From positions 310,001 to 374,000 of the forward strand of contig JAQGDQ010000005.1 of NCBI GenBank assembly GCA_030141605.1: a stretch of 64,000 nucleotides of DNA. The letters run 5' to 3'. Below the pieces are notes generated by a model, which was given only the letters and a program-made list of their open reading frames with translations, did no database searches and was not told the DNA's origin. A program made the position numbers and the translations under genes. Below are positions 24,700-37,900 of the stretch, piece by piece (positions within the stretch are counted from its first letter, which is position 1; each line of letters begins with the position of its first letter). The stretch is from Tubiluchus corallicola (lineage: Eukaryota; Animalia; Priapulida).

Positions 24700-25073
24700 T
24701 ATAGGGGGTGAATATTGAAAGCGAATTCGAATCGAATTTGTGACTTTCAAATTCGAATCAAATCAAATTTCATATTCGAATTCGAGCTGAGTATGAAAGA
24801 TTTTCGAAAAAGTTTTTAAGCCATCAGTAAAAAGCTCTCTTACAAAAATCATCCTCGTTAATCAATTTTGTTCTGCAATAATCAAAGACGAGGAAACTGT
24901 AAAGAAGTCACGACCAAGTAAATTATCTATATAGTGTGATTTACATAACTAAATTCGTGTAATCGATTTCACAAACAAACATATTCGAATCTATAATTTT
25001 AGGTTAGAATCGAATTCAAACTAAAAAACTCATGCGAATTGAACTCAATACGAACGTTTGATCCTCACCCCTA
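24700..25073. mobile_element. hAT-like MITE with internal TTCGAA/CGAAT repeats
   Basis: Ends TAGGGGGTGA ... TCACCCCTA, flanked by a near-perfect 8-bp duplication GCAGTCGC (24692-24699) / GCAGTGGC (25074-25081). Confidence 0.75.
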
Positions 25074-26483
25074 GCAGTGGCAAGGTTGAGCAAACACTTG
25101 CAAATGGTAATTCGAAGCACTCAATGAACATAATTATTACGTAGTACATTTAGACCTTTTTTGTAGTCGTATCTTTATAAACGTATTTGTCTGTATATAA
25201 TTATGGCCTAACTGTTATTGATATTGAATTTAACACCATTCAGTAAATGTTCATTCCTGAAGTTGAAGGAATAGGTAAACAATTGTCATCAGGCTCATGA
25301 ATTAAGGAAAGTACAAAAATCATCATTTATTGCAGAAACGACCTCATTGGGGGAAGTAACAACATCTTTAGCAAAACTAATACAATTAGGAGGTTTACAA
25401 TGCATCTACGTTATCTGAAGATTGTGAAGAATTCCTTGAAATTTTTTACCTAATGATGTGCAATCTATTTTCATGAATTACAACATCTCTTCAGCACGAA
25501 TAGACATTCTTAACTGCTGGGAATGTCTGGGGCACTCAGCATGTGCACTGAACAAATTACTATGATGCTACTACCTCCAAGGTTTAAAGGAAAAGAAAGG
25601 TCACTTAACACGTTAATTGGGTTTATTATTACTGTTATCACTTAAGGTAGTGAAATGTAACAAAGAAATTTTCAAAAAAATTGTCTATAGAACAGCAGGT
25701 TAATTTAATTTTACAGCTGTAGAGAGATTTTTGGGCGTGGTGGCTGCAATTGTTCACTTGAAACTTATTAACGTAACTGCATGGTGGCTTTGTGATGCTT
25801 TGTGAGCACATCGGAGCTTTTCATAAGCGCATATCGGTGAAAATAATTCGGACTTTGCACATTACCTAGTATTCATGCAGAAAAACCACAAAATCACTTT
25901 TTTGTAAGAACTTCTTATAGCTTTGACACAAATTGACAGTGCACTGCTTTTCTTCAGCTGACGAATGACGACACTGGTGAAAAAATGGCTTTCAAAATGC
26001 AAATGCCCAAGTGTGAAATGATTGCAACTTTAAAGCAACTTCCTAGAAGCTTCCTAGTAACTTTTCCTTTAAGCTTCTTAGACTAGGCCTAAAGGACAGG
26101 CTTATCATTCTCCCAAGATGCACAAGACTATTTGTGATCGGATTCCCATTATTGTTACTGCCACAACTTTTTAAAGTGAAACTAGGTCCTGATTGGCAAT
26201 GCTGAATTTGTATAATAGTACGTGCATGATCCCACAAAGTGAACATCAAAGCCTGTTTTATTACGAAGTTTTCCATGAATCTGTAGAAACTACTAACAGT
26301 AGTGTATATTTCTATTATCAACAGAATTCTTACAGTACTATTTTTTGGGCAACGTATGTATGTCCCCGATAAAATAAATATTGTTGCCGGCTAAGCTGTA
26401 TCGTGGTTGAGACCAGGAAAAAGGCGTACAAAACAATAGAAATCACATGTAGCAGAGCAATATTTCCTAATGTAAATGTTTTG

Positions 26484-26533
26484 AACGTCACTTCCGGTCC
26501 AGTGAACTAGTTGTGTAGTTTACCATCAACAAG
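26484..26533 (+). promoter_or_regulatory. Putative TARBP2 promoter and first non-coding exon
   Basis: ACGTCACTTCCGGT (CRE half-site plus ETS motif) at 26486-26498 and a donor AAG|GTGATA at 26533/26534. The TARBP2 ATG sits directly after an acceptor AG, so an upstream exon is expected. Confidence 0.45.
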
Positions 26534-28696
26534 GTGATACAATTTTCACTATTTTTCATTATTGTAACATCGTTAGTAAATGTAGATTTTAATTTTATAA
26601 TTCTAAAATGTCTAGGATTGATAATTTACCAAATACCTGTTGTCATGCATGAATAATGACTTTATTATACTAAATCTTTTGCTGCCTTCTCTTCAGCCAT
26701 TGGCCATTTTCTTGCGTTGTTTCGTTACTTTAGATTTGCAATTTATCATGATTACTCATTACTGATCACATTTACAAGGGTATTTTGGATGCTAGGTTGA
26801 GTGATACTTTTGCCACAGTGGGTGACCTACAAAAAACCAAACTATGATTTCTTTACAAGCAAAATTGTTGATTAACATTAAATTTTAAAGAACTATTTCA
26901 GGGCTTTAAGTTTAACTAGGATATGAATGAACGGATTGTTAAGTTTAACAACACACAAAAGTTTGGCAAAAAGTGTGTATATGTTTAGCGTTAGTGAAAT
27001 CAGAGCATTGCTTTTGCAATATACCTAAATCTGTCGCTAGATTAATTTACTCTACAATTTTGCTGCAAAATTATTTGCAACATTTTCTCAGACATGTTAA
27101 GAATGTTCGTAGATGCAGATTACTGCAGTTAGTCTCACAATCACAGTTGTCTTGAGCTCCAGCTTGTTGAGCTGTCAACAAAGCCTGATCATTGACACTT
27201 GTATCCATCGCAAACAACCAACGACATTAGCGTTCAGTCTTGTTACTGGCTTTACTCCGCTACTTACATTACGGTATGTGCACTTTGCACATGACCAAGC
27301 ATTGAGTGTTAAAACAGCTGCAGCAGCTGTAGAAGTTTTTATACACTGTCATTCTGAAATCTGAATGTCAAGTAAAGTCATTATTTGAACAAAGTCAAAA
27401 CTGTCTTGTGCAATTGTGCATACAGTCGTCGCTTGGCAGAGATAAACAAAAACAAGGTGGCTAAACAATTAAAGCAGCCTAAATTTAAAGTGTCTTCCTT
27501 GGATAGATAAGTAGTGCAGTAATGAGTAGACTAATTACCAGACTAAGCAGAGAACTAAGTTACATTACTCATTACTATAAAATATAATCTGATTACAGTA
27601 AAGCGTTACTACCCAACACTGCTCGTAATGAACACCCAATTCAGACAATATTATCCAGTAACTATAAATATTAAATTAAACAGTTGAGGCTATGTGGTGT
27701 ACATTTTATGCAAATCCCACATTGGTCTTCAGTTTATACTGTTATACTCTGTTTGTAGCATGCATGACCCATTTCATCAAGAATGACCTAGAATGGTCAA
27801 ACACTCCAGTCCAAACATCAAGTCCAGATATAAGTGTGTACATTAGTTGTTTATTCTGTTAAAAAATATAATAAATGTTAATAAATGAATTGCTGCACAT
27901 TTTATGAAAATAATGACTTCAAATTAGTACTTTTGCAAAGATTTTAATATAAAACTCCAACTTAATTGTAGTTCATATAACTGTCTGTTTTATGGTTACT
28001 TAAATAATAATTCACAAATGTTCACACTGTGTATTAATAAAAATGTGTACAAATAAATTAACAAACCGCTCCAACATAAGTACTACACAAATAAATTACA
28101 GAACGTAACATTACACAGCAATAACTTGTCATTACAATGCAACACATTTCACACACGCAATTAATTCCAGTAGTTAATTAAGACTGCAAAAAGTATTAAA
28201 TAAAATAAAAGCAACTCGCATCCTTTCCCAAACATTGGAGCACCACAAACTGTAACAGCAAGTTGACATCAAACACAAATTGCAGACTGCAGGAAATGAT
28301 AATTTAATTAACTCAACAAGACAAGTTCTGTAAATTACAAGTGACCTAACCCAACATATCAAAGCCAAGTGTCTGCTGCATTTCACAAAGCCATGTACCT
28401 AAATTCACCAACCATGAAATCACCCGACAGGCAAGTTGAGGTAACTGCCTGCTGGCCTCAGAGGATAGAACTATCCATTACACTATTACTGGCCGTGTAT
28501 TGGTACAATGGTGTCACATAGTAAGTTCTAAATTGCGTTGCAGCCGATTATTTTTGTTTTCCAGTTGCTTTAATCTTTTATTATGCTTTTGTGTTGTTTT
28601 CTTTACTTGTTAGGAGCCATTTAGTGCAAAATCCCCAGAAGTCCATGATACTGTGTGACCTAATTAGTGCAGCTGGCCCAAATAGTGTGCATAATA

Positions 28697-28732
28697 CATA
28701 TATATATATATATACATACACATATACATATA
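28697..28732. repeat. (TA)n/(TACA)n microsatellite
   Basis: CATATATATATATATACATACACATATACATATA. Confidence 0.8.
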
Positions 28733-31181
28733 CAGCAGTAACTGAAACTAGATATTAAAGGCTCTTAAAACATGTTGAGCATAAATGCAGTGTTAATTTA
28801 AAAATAATAAATTTTATATTAAAATAATGATAAATAATTTAATAAATTGAGTTGAATTTAATAATAATTTTGCAAGCTATTGGTTATTAGTGATACTGAG
28901 CTGCCAACTTTTGCCTTAGTAAATCAGTCTGCATATTTACTGACAGCACTTGGCTATGTCAAAATTCAGCCAGCTAATCTTTTTTTCATAAAATTTTCAT
29001 CTAGTTTTCATTTTAGTACAAAAAACAAATGTGGAATTTCTGCGATGTGAACTGTAAAGGACTTTCCTAGCTTTTTGTAGTTGATCAGTGATAATTGGAG
29101 ATGACATCAAACTTCTGTTTCTTTGCATTTTTGCAACACGTTAGCTTTGGGTGTGTTTTAAATTACAAGACCAATTTTCGGCCAGCCTCACAAAATAATA
29201 TAAAATAGAACGAAAAGTAACTTAGCAATGTGGATATTGAGGTAAAACCTAATTTTAATCTTTTCTAATAGATCTAGAGAGAAAAGAAATAATTTTATTA
29301 AAGTTGTCATATTTTTATTTACTTTCATTCATAAATTTCGTGGTTTTCATTCATACATTAAATTTCATTCAGTCTCAAATATATTAAAATTGTACGAGTC
29401 AAAATGTAAAAACATGTAACTGTACTGAGACAGGGATAGAGCCAGCAGGTATTTTGTCCTTATGCTGATCCATTAAATCATTGCACGTTTGCAATTTACA
29501 TGAACCAATTAAATGTGCAGTATTACAGTAAATTAATGTTTACACGGACCCATTAAAATAATCAGCGCAGTGAAGAATTAATGAAAGCTTTTTATATGTA
29601 ATTTAAAACCAACCAAGTTCACTGAGTTTTTACCCCTACAGTTTACCCTCACTGAGTTTGCCGAACTTCTTAATTACTTATATTACACACTTTATTAATA
29701 AATCAGCTACATCAGCCTCGGTACTGCGATGAGCACTATTAATGCAGCGTAGTGATTCGGGGAATATAGTAACATATTATCCTTTTCGTGTGTTGTTAAA
29801 CTTAATATTCCATTTATTTGAATCTTTCTTAGTGGCCTGAAATAGTTATTTAAATGTTAATGAATTATTTTGCCTGTAAAGAAATCAAAGTTTGTTTTTT
29901 GTAGGTCACCCCTGTGGCAAAAGTGGTTTCATCTGCCATGGGCTTCCAACCACTAGAAGATAATCGCTGCTGCCTTGCTAATGCTTTAATACAATGGTTC
30001 AAGTAGTAATGAATAATAATTTACTAATGACAAACTCTAATGTGTTGGAGAACCTTCAGCACCTTCAAAGAACTTCCATATATCACTTTTCTTTGCTGAA
30101 ACCCTTCTGTACACATTCTAGTTAGCAGAGCTACTGACTAGAATTTGCCATTAATGTGAAATATTTGCCATAAACATACATTGTTGGCCTGATGTACCGC
30201 CAATGCAGCCATTAATAGTCTACTACCAGGTAATTACTGTAGATTACTGCAGTAGTAGCAGTAATGGTAAATAAATTTAGCAATCATTTCTGGGGGTAAC
30301 AGCTAGCACTCAAAAAGTCTGTTCATAAAATGTCAAGAATTCTTTCAACATTATCGATATCTGCCATGTTACAAAGTGACGTGCATGGGGGTGCAGTAAT
30401 ACTAGTTGTCTAACATAAGCCTTATAAGCTCTTAAACTCTTATGAAAACAATATGTTTGTTATTTTGTAGGCTTTAGCAACCTGTTTTCGCAATATGCAA
30501 AGAAACTTACATTTGAGCGCAAAATGTTTGGCAATTCATTTGGGCATATGACTGCATTTATGATTAAGTTTTTTCAGAATCTTATGCGCTGATTGTGTTG
30601 AAAAAGTCACATTTGTCAATGCCAGGTGTAACATGACTATTAATGACTGGCATAACATTATTATCAGGCTCAATTTTCTGATAGGACAGTAGACATAATT
30701 TTAGTTTGTTCAGCATCATCAACTGTGACATTGTCAAATGTTTAGAGGTGCTACTCCATCTTTGTGCTTGTGGACAATACTTAAATAACGTATTATAATT
30801 ATAACAACTCAATAACTTATTTTCTTGAATGCTGTTTATTTTCCAAATAAACTGTTATAAATTGAGCACAAAACCAGCAGAGTTGTCTGTTTTAAAATCC
30901 AAAAATTTTGTCGTTTTGATTAATAAACTGGCCGAGAAAACAAAATTTAATCAGGCCTCGGTCGGGTCTATGCACAGTTATTGCACCAGCTAGTTTTTGC
31001 AAGATCTGTCACATTACCAGATAAGGTGTTTCTTGGGTCTTTCTTTGATGTACAATTCATAAACATTAATTTTAGTTCACTTTGTCTAACTTGTTTAGTC
31101 TCCGAACTGCCCTGTTCTACTTTTGCCAACTGTTATTTCATTGGTGGTTAATTTAAAAAGTCGGACGAAATTTACTGTTAT

Positions 31182-31651
31182 AGTGAATAAAAATATCTAC
31201 CCAATTAAAGACATAGGGTAAAAAGAAAGGGCACAGAGTTTTGAATTACCACTATAGTTCTTCAGATAAACAAAAAAAGGTCAAGAAAGAGAAGAAATTC
31301 ACAGGGAATTACTATAACTATTGAACAAATTTTTTGGAAGAGTTTTTTCTTTATGTTAACAAATAAGAAGGATATCATCCTAAAGATGTGAGCACACAGA
31401 AAAGCAGAAACAGTGCTCAGATAAGCAGCGCTTGTAGCCTTACTAAAGTGCTATCCCTTTTTGTGTTAATAATACAAATAAAAAACTACACTCCCAAAAA
31501 ATTTGGCCGCTATTTCTGGTAAGTCCTTGCGATTATTTTCTCGTCTTCATCCTTTTTTGTTTATTTGAGGAAGAACTACAGCACTAGTTCAAAACATTAC
31601 GCCTGTTCCTTCTTTTTCTTTGTTTTCTAATTGTGGGATTCTTTAGTCACT
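31182..31651. repeat. Long imperfect inverted repeat (old palindromic MITE), arms about 195 bp
   Basis: 31182-31375 aligns with the reverse complement of 31452-31651, e.g. GTTTTGAATTACCACTATAGTTCTTCAGATAAACAAAAAAAGG versus GTTTTGAACTAGTGCTGTAGTTCTTCCTCAAATAAACAAAAAAGG. Confidence 0.75.
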
Positions 31652-31957
31652 CTTACTATTGTTGTTATTAAGGATTAATTTGTATTAGCACTGTAAGAGC
31701 AGTTCGGTAGGATATGGTCCATTCAAAGATCTGTACAGAAATGATATATTGGTGCCTACCAGTAGCAGCCTACTTGAGTATAACACAAGGTTATGTGTTG
31801 ATCACTTTAAGCCATAAAGAAACAAATAAATGCCAGGCTTGGGTAGTTGCTTAAATTATGCACATTCGATAATTTAATTTTTCTATTGATAATCCCATCT
31901 ATTTAAAAGGCTAATTAATTAGTTTACGGAAATAATTTAAATTATAACGGTTTTTAG

Positions 31958-34900
31958 ATGGCTAACCAACTAAAAACACCGATTAGCATGTTGCAAGAGC
32001 TGTGTACTAAGCGTGGCCTCACTCCCAAGTATGATGTCATCGCTGTTGAGGGTGCTGTACATGAGCCCACCTTTGTGTACAGGGTGCAAGTTGGCGAGAT
32101 GTTAACACAGGTTTGTACGATATTATTAGCTTAGAAGGCAAAAGTTGCTATTTTTATATATTTTTACCAGATGTTTTGAGATTAATAAGTTCTGAATGGG
32201 CATAAATATTACGTCAGTTTGGTTATAAATGCTGTTCTGTACAGTCATCATTGTGTGGTGCTTTTAATTTTTTTATTTAAAGGACAAGAAAAGGGTACCT
32301 GAAGTAGGTTTCAGAAAAATTGCCTTGAAAATTATATTATTTTATAGCAATTTTATGCGTATATCGTACTCGCGTTGAAAAGGTCTTTTGTTTGTTTTCA
32401 TTTTAAATCTCCCGCAATACTGTTCTGACTATGCCATGATGTCATATACATACAACGTTAATCAGGGGAAGGAAAGGAAATGTTAAACTACGTGTCAAAA
32501 AGCCTTCCATGCAAAGTTATATTACCTAGCATTTTTCTTACCTGCCTGAAAGACTTATGTAACTAGAAAAGAAAATTATTAATTATTAAAAATGTTTAAA
32601 ATGTTGTTGACTCACCTCCACGGTGCATCACTCACTAACCAAAAAACGTATTTTTAATCTTATTGACAAAATACAGTAATTTAATATTTTACTTAGTTAG
32701 TGAAGCGTGTGCTATGAATACTCAATTTTTTTTCAAACTCTGCTCAATGTTGTCTAAACTTGTTTTAAATTGCTTATTGTCAAACTGGTCATCGTGGAAG
32801 TTTAAATTCACGTGTTTCATACAGCGTTGCCGCCGACTCGAACCCTGTATGCGAAAAGGCAATGCGTAAGTGGTTTAAAATTTTAATACAATTTTTTTTA
32901 AACTTTATGTAAGTGGAGGGTTGTCTTGTGCTTTAGTCCTTTTCATATATTAGAAAGTCTAAGTCTCAGGAAGACTTTTTTAGGTTTTCTAGTTTTCTTT
33001 TTGTGGTTAGGTTAGAAAGTTTAATAAGCTTTCATTATGTAGAACTAAAAATTATTATTTTTTGCCTTCAAAAACTGCAAGAGCTCTTTCCGATCATTGG
33101 CAGCGATTAGGAACAGCTCAATTTCATCTTTACCTTAGTTTGTAAAAAATATTTTATTCTGTGAATATTGTTGTTTTGTTAACAATTTAATTGCAGTTCT
33201 ATTAATTTTTTATTACAGAAGCCAACTTTTTTTGTTTTTCTTATGATCTCATAAACTTTATGTTGGCAAATCTATATTTAACTTTTGCTCAAGTCTTTTC
33301 ATATTGAAATGCTGAGCTGTCTTCACCCTAAGTATTAAACAATGTTTTACACTTATAATATATACCTTTGAGATTTTTTTTGCTCATTATTAAGATTTCT
33401 GGCCAAACATCAGATGATTCGAATCCTGCTACTATAGATTGTGTCTATGTAAGTATAATTTTTATTTTTTGTCAAAAAATAGCAGCATAACATAACATTT
33501 GCCACTTTTGCCCTTGATTTGCCATCTCCAAAATCAGAATTTAACTGTCCTAAGTATGATTCAACATGTACTCATTAAGATTTCAAAATTGTTTTTTTTG
33601 AATACTTTAAAAAAGTAAACTGCCTTGATCTGCCCTGTAAACCTGTAAAGTGATGGTACAGGTTTTAGTTTCAAATTTCAAGTTTACTTTAATATCAACT
33701 TGGCGGAATTATCTACAGTGTGTTCTCAATTACCCACCCATATAATAACAGAGGTTAGTTAACTTTCTATTCTTATAGCAGGTCTAGTTTCCATATAAAA
33801 CAAAAGCCATTAAGTTTTAATTTACGTGATTTTTATTTCATGAAATACTGTAAAGGTAAAATTAGCTGTATACAACATTTTTGCTTTTTGAATGTTTCAC
33901 TGACCACGTCTATGATTCTATATGAAAAAGGCAGCTAGGCGTAAAACAGTCTTCAACATGAATATTGGTCGAGGAACTGTCGGTTAGATGTTGGATAAAA
34001 AACCTGACTTTGTCAGTAGATGGGGAATTCGTTCTGTATGTTCGCTTGCTGTTTCATTATGATGATGCTTATGGTTCTTTAAAAAATAATGTCGATGCGG
34101 ACTCTATGATTTTTGTAGATAGCATTAATCTCCACTAAAGTTTAAAAGTGATATATTGAGGTTGGAAATTGTTGCGTTTTGGCTGCTGTGGTAAATATTT
34201 TAAAACTCTATTCGCCAAGCCAAGGTAAAGCAACTTGAAGAGGGTTTTGCTTTTTGTAGTTTTTCTTTTTATTTTTTGATTCTTCAGAATAAACAAATAT
34301 ATTCGTTTCACAACGATCTCTTTCTAAAATGACAGTGCCTAAGGTTTTTTGGAAAATTGCCATTACTGGCCTCTTGAATTCAACGTAGCAGGTCAAAAGT
34401 GCAGCTCCATCAGTCGATATCTGTCGTGAATAGGTGGAGCTTCAGACTTTTTTCGAAAGTGATGTTCTTATGGCCATTTTAAATTCAAAATGGCAGATCA
34501 AAAATCCAGCACCATAAATTATTACAAATTTGTTCTAACACAGTCTTATGAAGTTTCATGACACAGTTCATTGTGAATTCATGGACTCTTGCATTATACA
34601 TAACCTTATGTGTACTACCTGAAAATACTGGTATTTCTTTGGGGAAAAGAATGCGAACCTATATGGCCTTAATTACTTGTTTTTCCGGGTTTTCTAACAC
34701 ATACCTAAATGTTTAGTGAAACTGTACATGTTCTTCAGTTTTGCATATAATTCCAAATGCTAAAAGTTCAGTCATATCAAAGTATGTCATAACATATTTT
34801 AATATAAAAGTAAAAGACAAAATTTTATAAGATTTTTCCAAGTGTGCAGCCATATTTGTTTACAGCTTTTAAACCACTTTTAGCTTGGCTGTGCTACTTA

Positions 34901-37900
34901 TCTGCATGTATGTCGAGCTCAACATTATTTTATAGCGAAAAGAGTGGGTGAAACATACACTTATGTATTAAATAATATTTGTGGTTCTAAAATATTTAGA
35001 AATGCTAAACAGTACAGCAACAAAGTTAAATTTAACAGGCAAAATCAACAATAAAAATGATGAAAAAGAGCATTTCACCTATTAGAAACTCACGTTTATT
35101 ATATTGGATTCAGGAATTATAACAATAATAAATAACTAAATTATGTTGGGCATTATTCTATTTAAAAAATTGATGTATAATGTACAAATCGAACTTTGAC
35201 ATTGGTAGTATCTAATATTAACTGCAACTTTATGATACTATTCTGCCCTATACATTTATTAACATTTTGTCAAATTGGCGTCCTATACTTTTATTTTATA
35301 CTATACTAGTATTTTTTTGCTTTTTCCATCTATACCCTTATTTGAAATGCAAGAATGGGCTTTTTTTCAAAAAGTCTTCCTGACAACATCAACCATATCA
35401 ACCAGATAAGTGGTGATACGTGTCAAATCCGTTGACCAAAAACCTAAATAATTAGGCTTATTTGTGAGTTTTAGTTAGCAAAGACTAAAAATGTAAAATA
35501 GATAAGGCAGTAAGCAATTATGTTTGGCTTGTAATCATAGGACAGAATTCATGTCTTTTTCTTTTTAATCTTATGGAAAATTTTATTACCAAATTATTGG
35601 GAGATTTACTATAAGTATAGTGTGACAATAAACCTCTATGTAGTCAAAGTAAATAAATGAGTGAACCTAGATTCCTGCATATATGTTGCAGTTGAAGACT
35701 CAGCAGGCTTCTAATACTGTAACCTGTAACACACATTAATCTATCATTTTAGTTATCAGGTAAACTCATCCTTAAGTTAACACAGATAATCAAGAGTAGT
35801 TGAGTACACTGTATAATGATTTGTACTGTGGCAGGCATTATCATCATAATATTGTCAGCAAGAAGGCACCTTGGGTTTGTCATTTATCTTACACACCAAC
35901 TTTATTATTACTTTGTGAGTTGTTGGATTCTGTTGTGAGTTGTTATTGAATTTTTTAAATGACTATTGTTACAATTCTTTTGATGAATTTTTTATAAAAA
36001 CGTTGAAATTGTGATGTGCGTGCACATTATTCATATTTATTGAGACGCTCATACTTGCATACCCATGAGTGTGTATGCAAAATTATCTATTATCTATAAA
36101 TTGAATGTCTAATAATGAGTTGTGTCAGATTTAAATATGGTGCAGGACCACTGTTGCAGTAGGCCTGCACTGGACATAGCGTCAGGGTGCACAATACCTT
36201 TCATACCACTGTTTAGAAATTTGGTTATAGTTAGCAATAAAAAATTGTCTTTACAGGGTCAAGGAAGTAGCAAGAAAAAAGCCAAGCATGCTGCTGCACA
36301 GAACATGCTAGATAAGATTGGTGGTTTGCCCGAGTCTCACCCAGTCGGGCCTATTTCCAATGGGTAATTTAAATGAATAAAAAACTTTTATTTTTCTTTT
36401 CTTTATAAAGTATTTGTAAATAAATACTGAGTAAATTTGCCAGATATAAACATCCAACAGTGGGTATTTGAAAATTGTTTTTGACATCACTTTGTAGCCA
36501 ATTTTATTTAGTAAGTGTTCCATCTCCATTGAAGCATTGAAGAGAGTAGGAAATATTTCTGTCCAGTTAAATGCAAACAATAGATTTTGTCTTCGAGAAC
36601 TAGATGCTTGGTGTTATGTAAGAAAAAGAAATGAAATTGAAAACTATATTACATTATTGCAGTACAATACAGCAACAGCAACCACAACAAGTACCTATTT
36701 CTGCAGAAGACAGCGAGGAAGGTGTACCAGGCAATCCCGTAGGAGCTTTGCAAGAAATGACAATGGGTCGTCATTGGCCACCTCCAAGATATGATTTGGA
36801 GCAGGAAATAGGACAACCTCATGAGAGAGAATTTGTGATCATTTGCAAAGTACTGAAGTGGACAGAAACAGGTCTGCTGATAAAATGTTACAATATTTGT
36901 GCTTAGCAAATGGGATTAGTAAAATTTCTTTGCAAAATCCTGTTATAAGTTGCTATAAGTAGTACGTGACTACAGTTTAAATAGGTCATTTTGTGTTAAC
37001 TAACTAATGATTCACTATCTGCATAAGTTACATAAAAGGAATGAAAATGTGTGCATTTAAATTTATTGTAAACATTGTAATTGTTAACATGAATAAGTAC
37101 AATTTTGTGTAAGGGACTCATGTAAACTTGTTCAACTTTACTTTTTCTGTTTTTAAGGAAAAGGACGTTCGAAGAAACTTGCGAAACGTGAGGCAGCACA
37201 TAAAATGGTTGAAAAGCTCAAAAGTATACCAGATGACCAAAAAGTAGATGATTTAAATGAAGATAATATGATGCCACTGGTATATGTCTTTAAGTGCTAT
37301 CACTTTCATTTTTGTGTGGGATATTTTAGGCTTTTGCAACTGAGCTTCAGAACTGTTTCATGAGAAAGTCTATTATATCTCTTATACTAATAGTAATTTT
37401 AATAAATGTAATGGCTTCAGTGTTTATCAGCGATAGTTGTATACACGTGAAACAGACTGCATATTATAATGGTAATAATTGTTGACTGAATTATGCCATG
37501 TTTAGCCAAGATTTGCAAATGAGGCATTATGGATAATTTTTCTCTTTTTTGGAAAAACAGATAGATAACATGAAGGTTTTAGACGGTGCATCAAAAGAGT
37601 CATGGTATGAAGCGTTGAAGCAAAACAAGATTCCTACTCTGACTCCAGAACATAGTAAAGAAGTAAGTTTGTTGGCTAATTCATTTAATTTACTTTAAAT
37701 ATGAACACATGCACAATTTTGTTTCAATCATCTGTGTTTTAATGTGACTCCTAGCTGCAAAGCTAAACATACAAATGTAGTGATTTAGATACATTAGCTT
37801 GTATTAGTTTAGTGTAAGCATGACACTATCAAAGCAGTTTTGGAGTAGTCATAGCTTAGTATAGTAAACTATGGTGGTTTGTGTGGGTTACTGTGATTGG

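Noticed and set aside
33410-33432. TTCGAATCC tRNA T-loop-like motif (also degenerate A/B boxes near 29420-29490)
   Set aside because: No cloverleaf can be built; at most decayed SINE heads.
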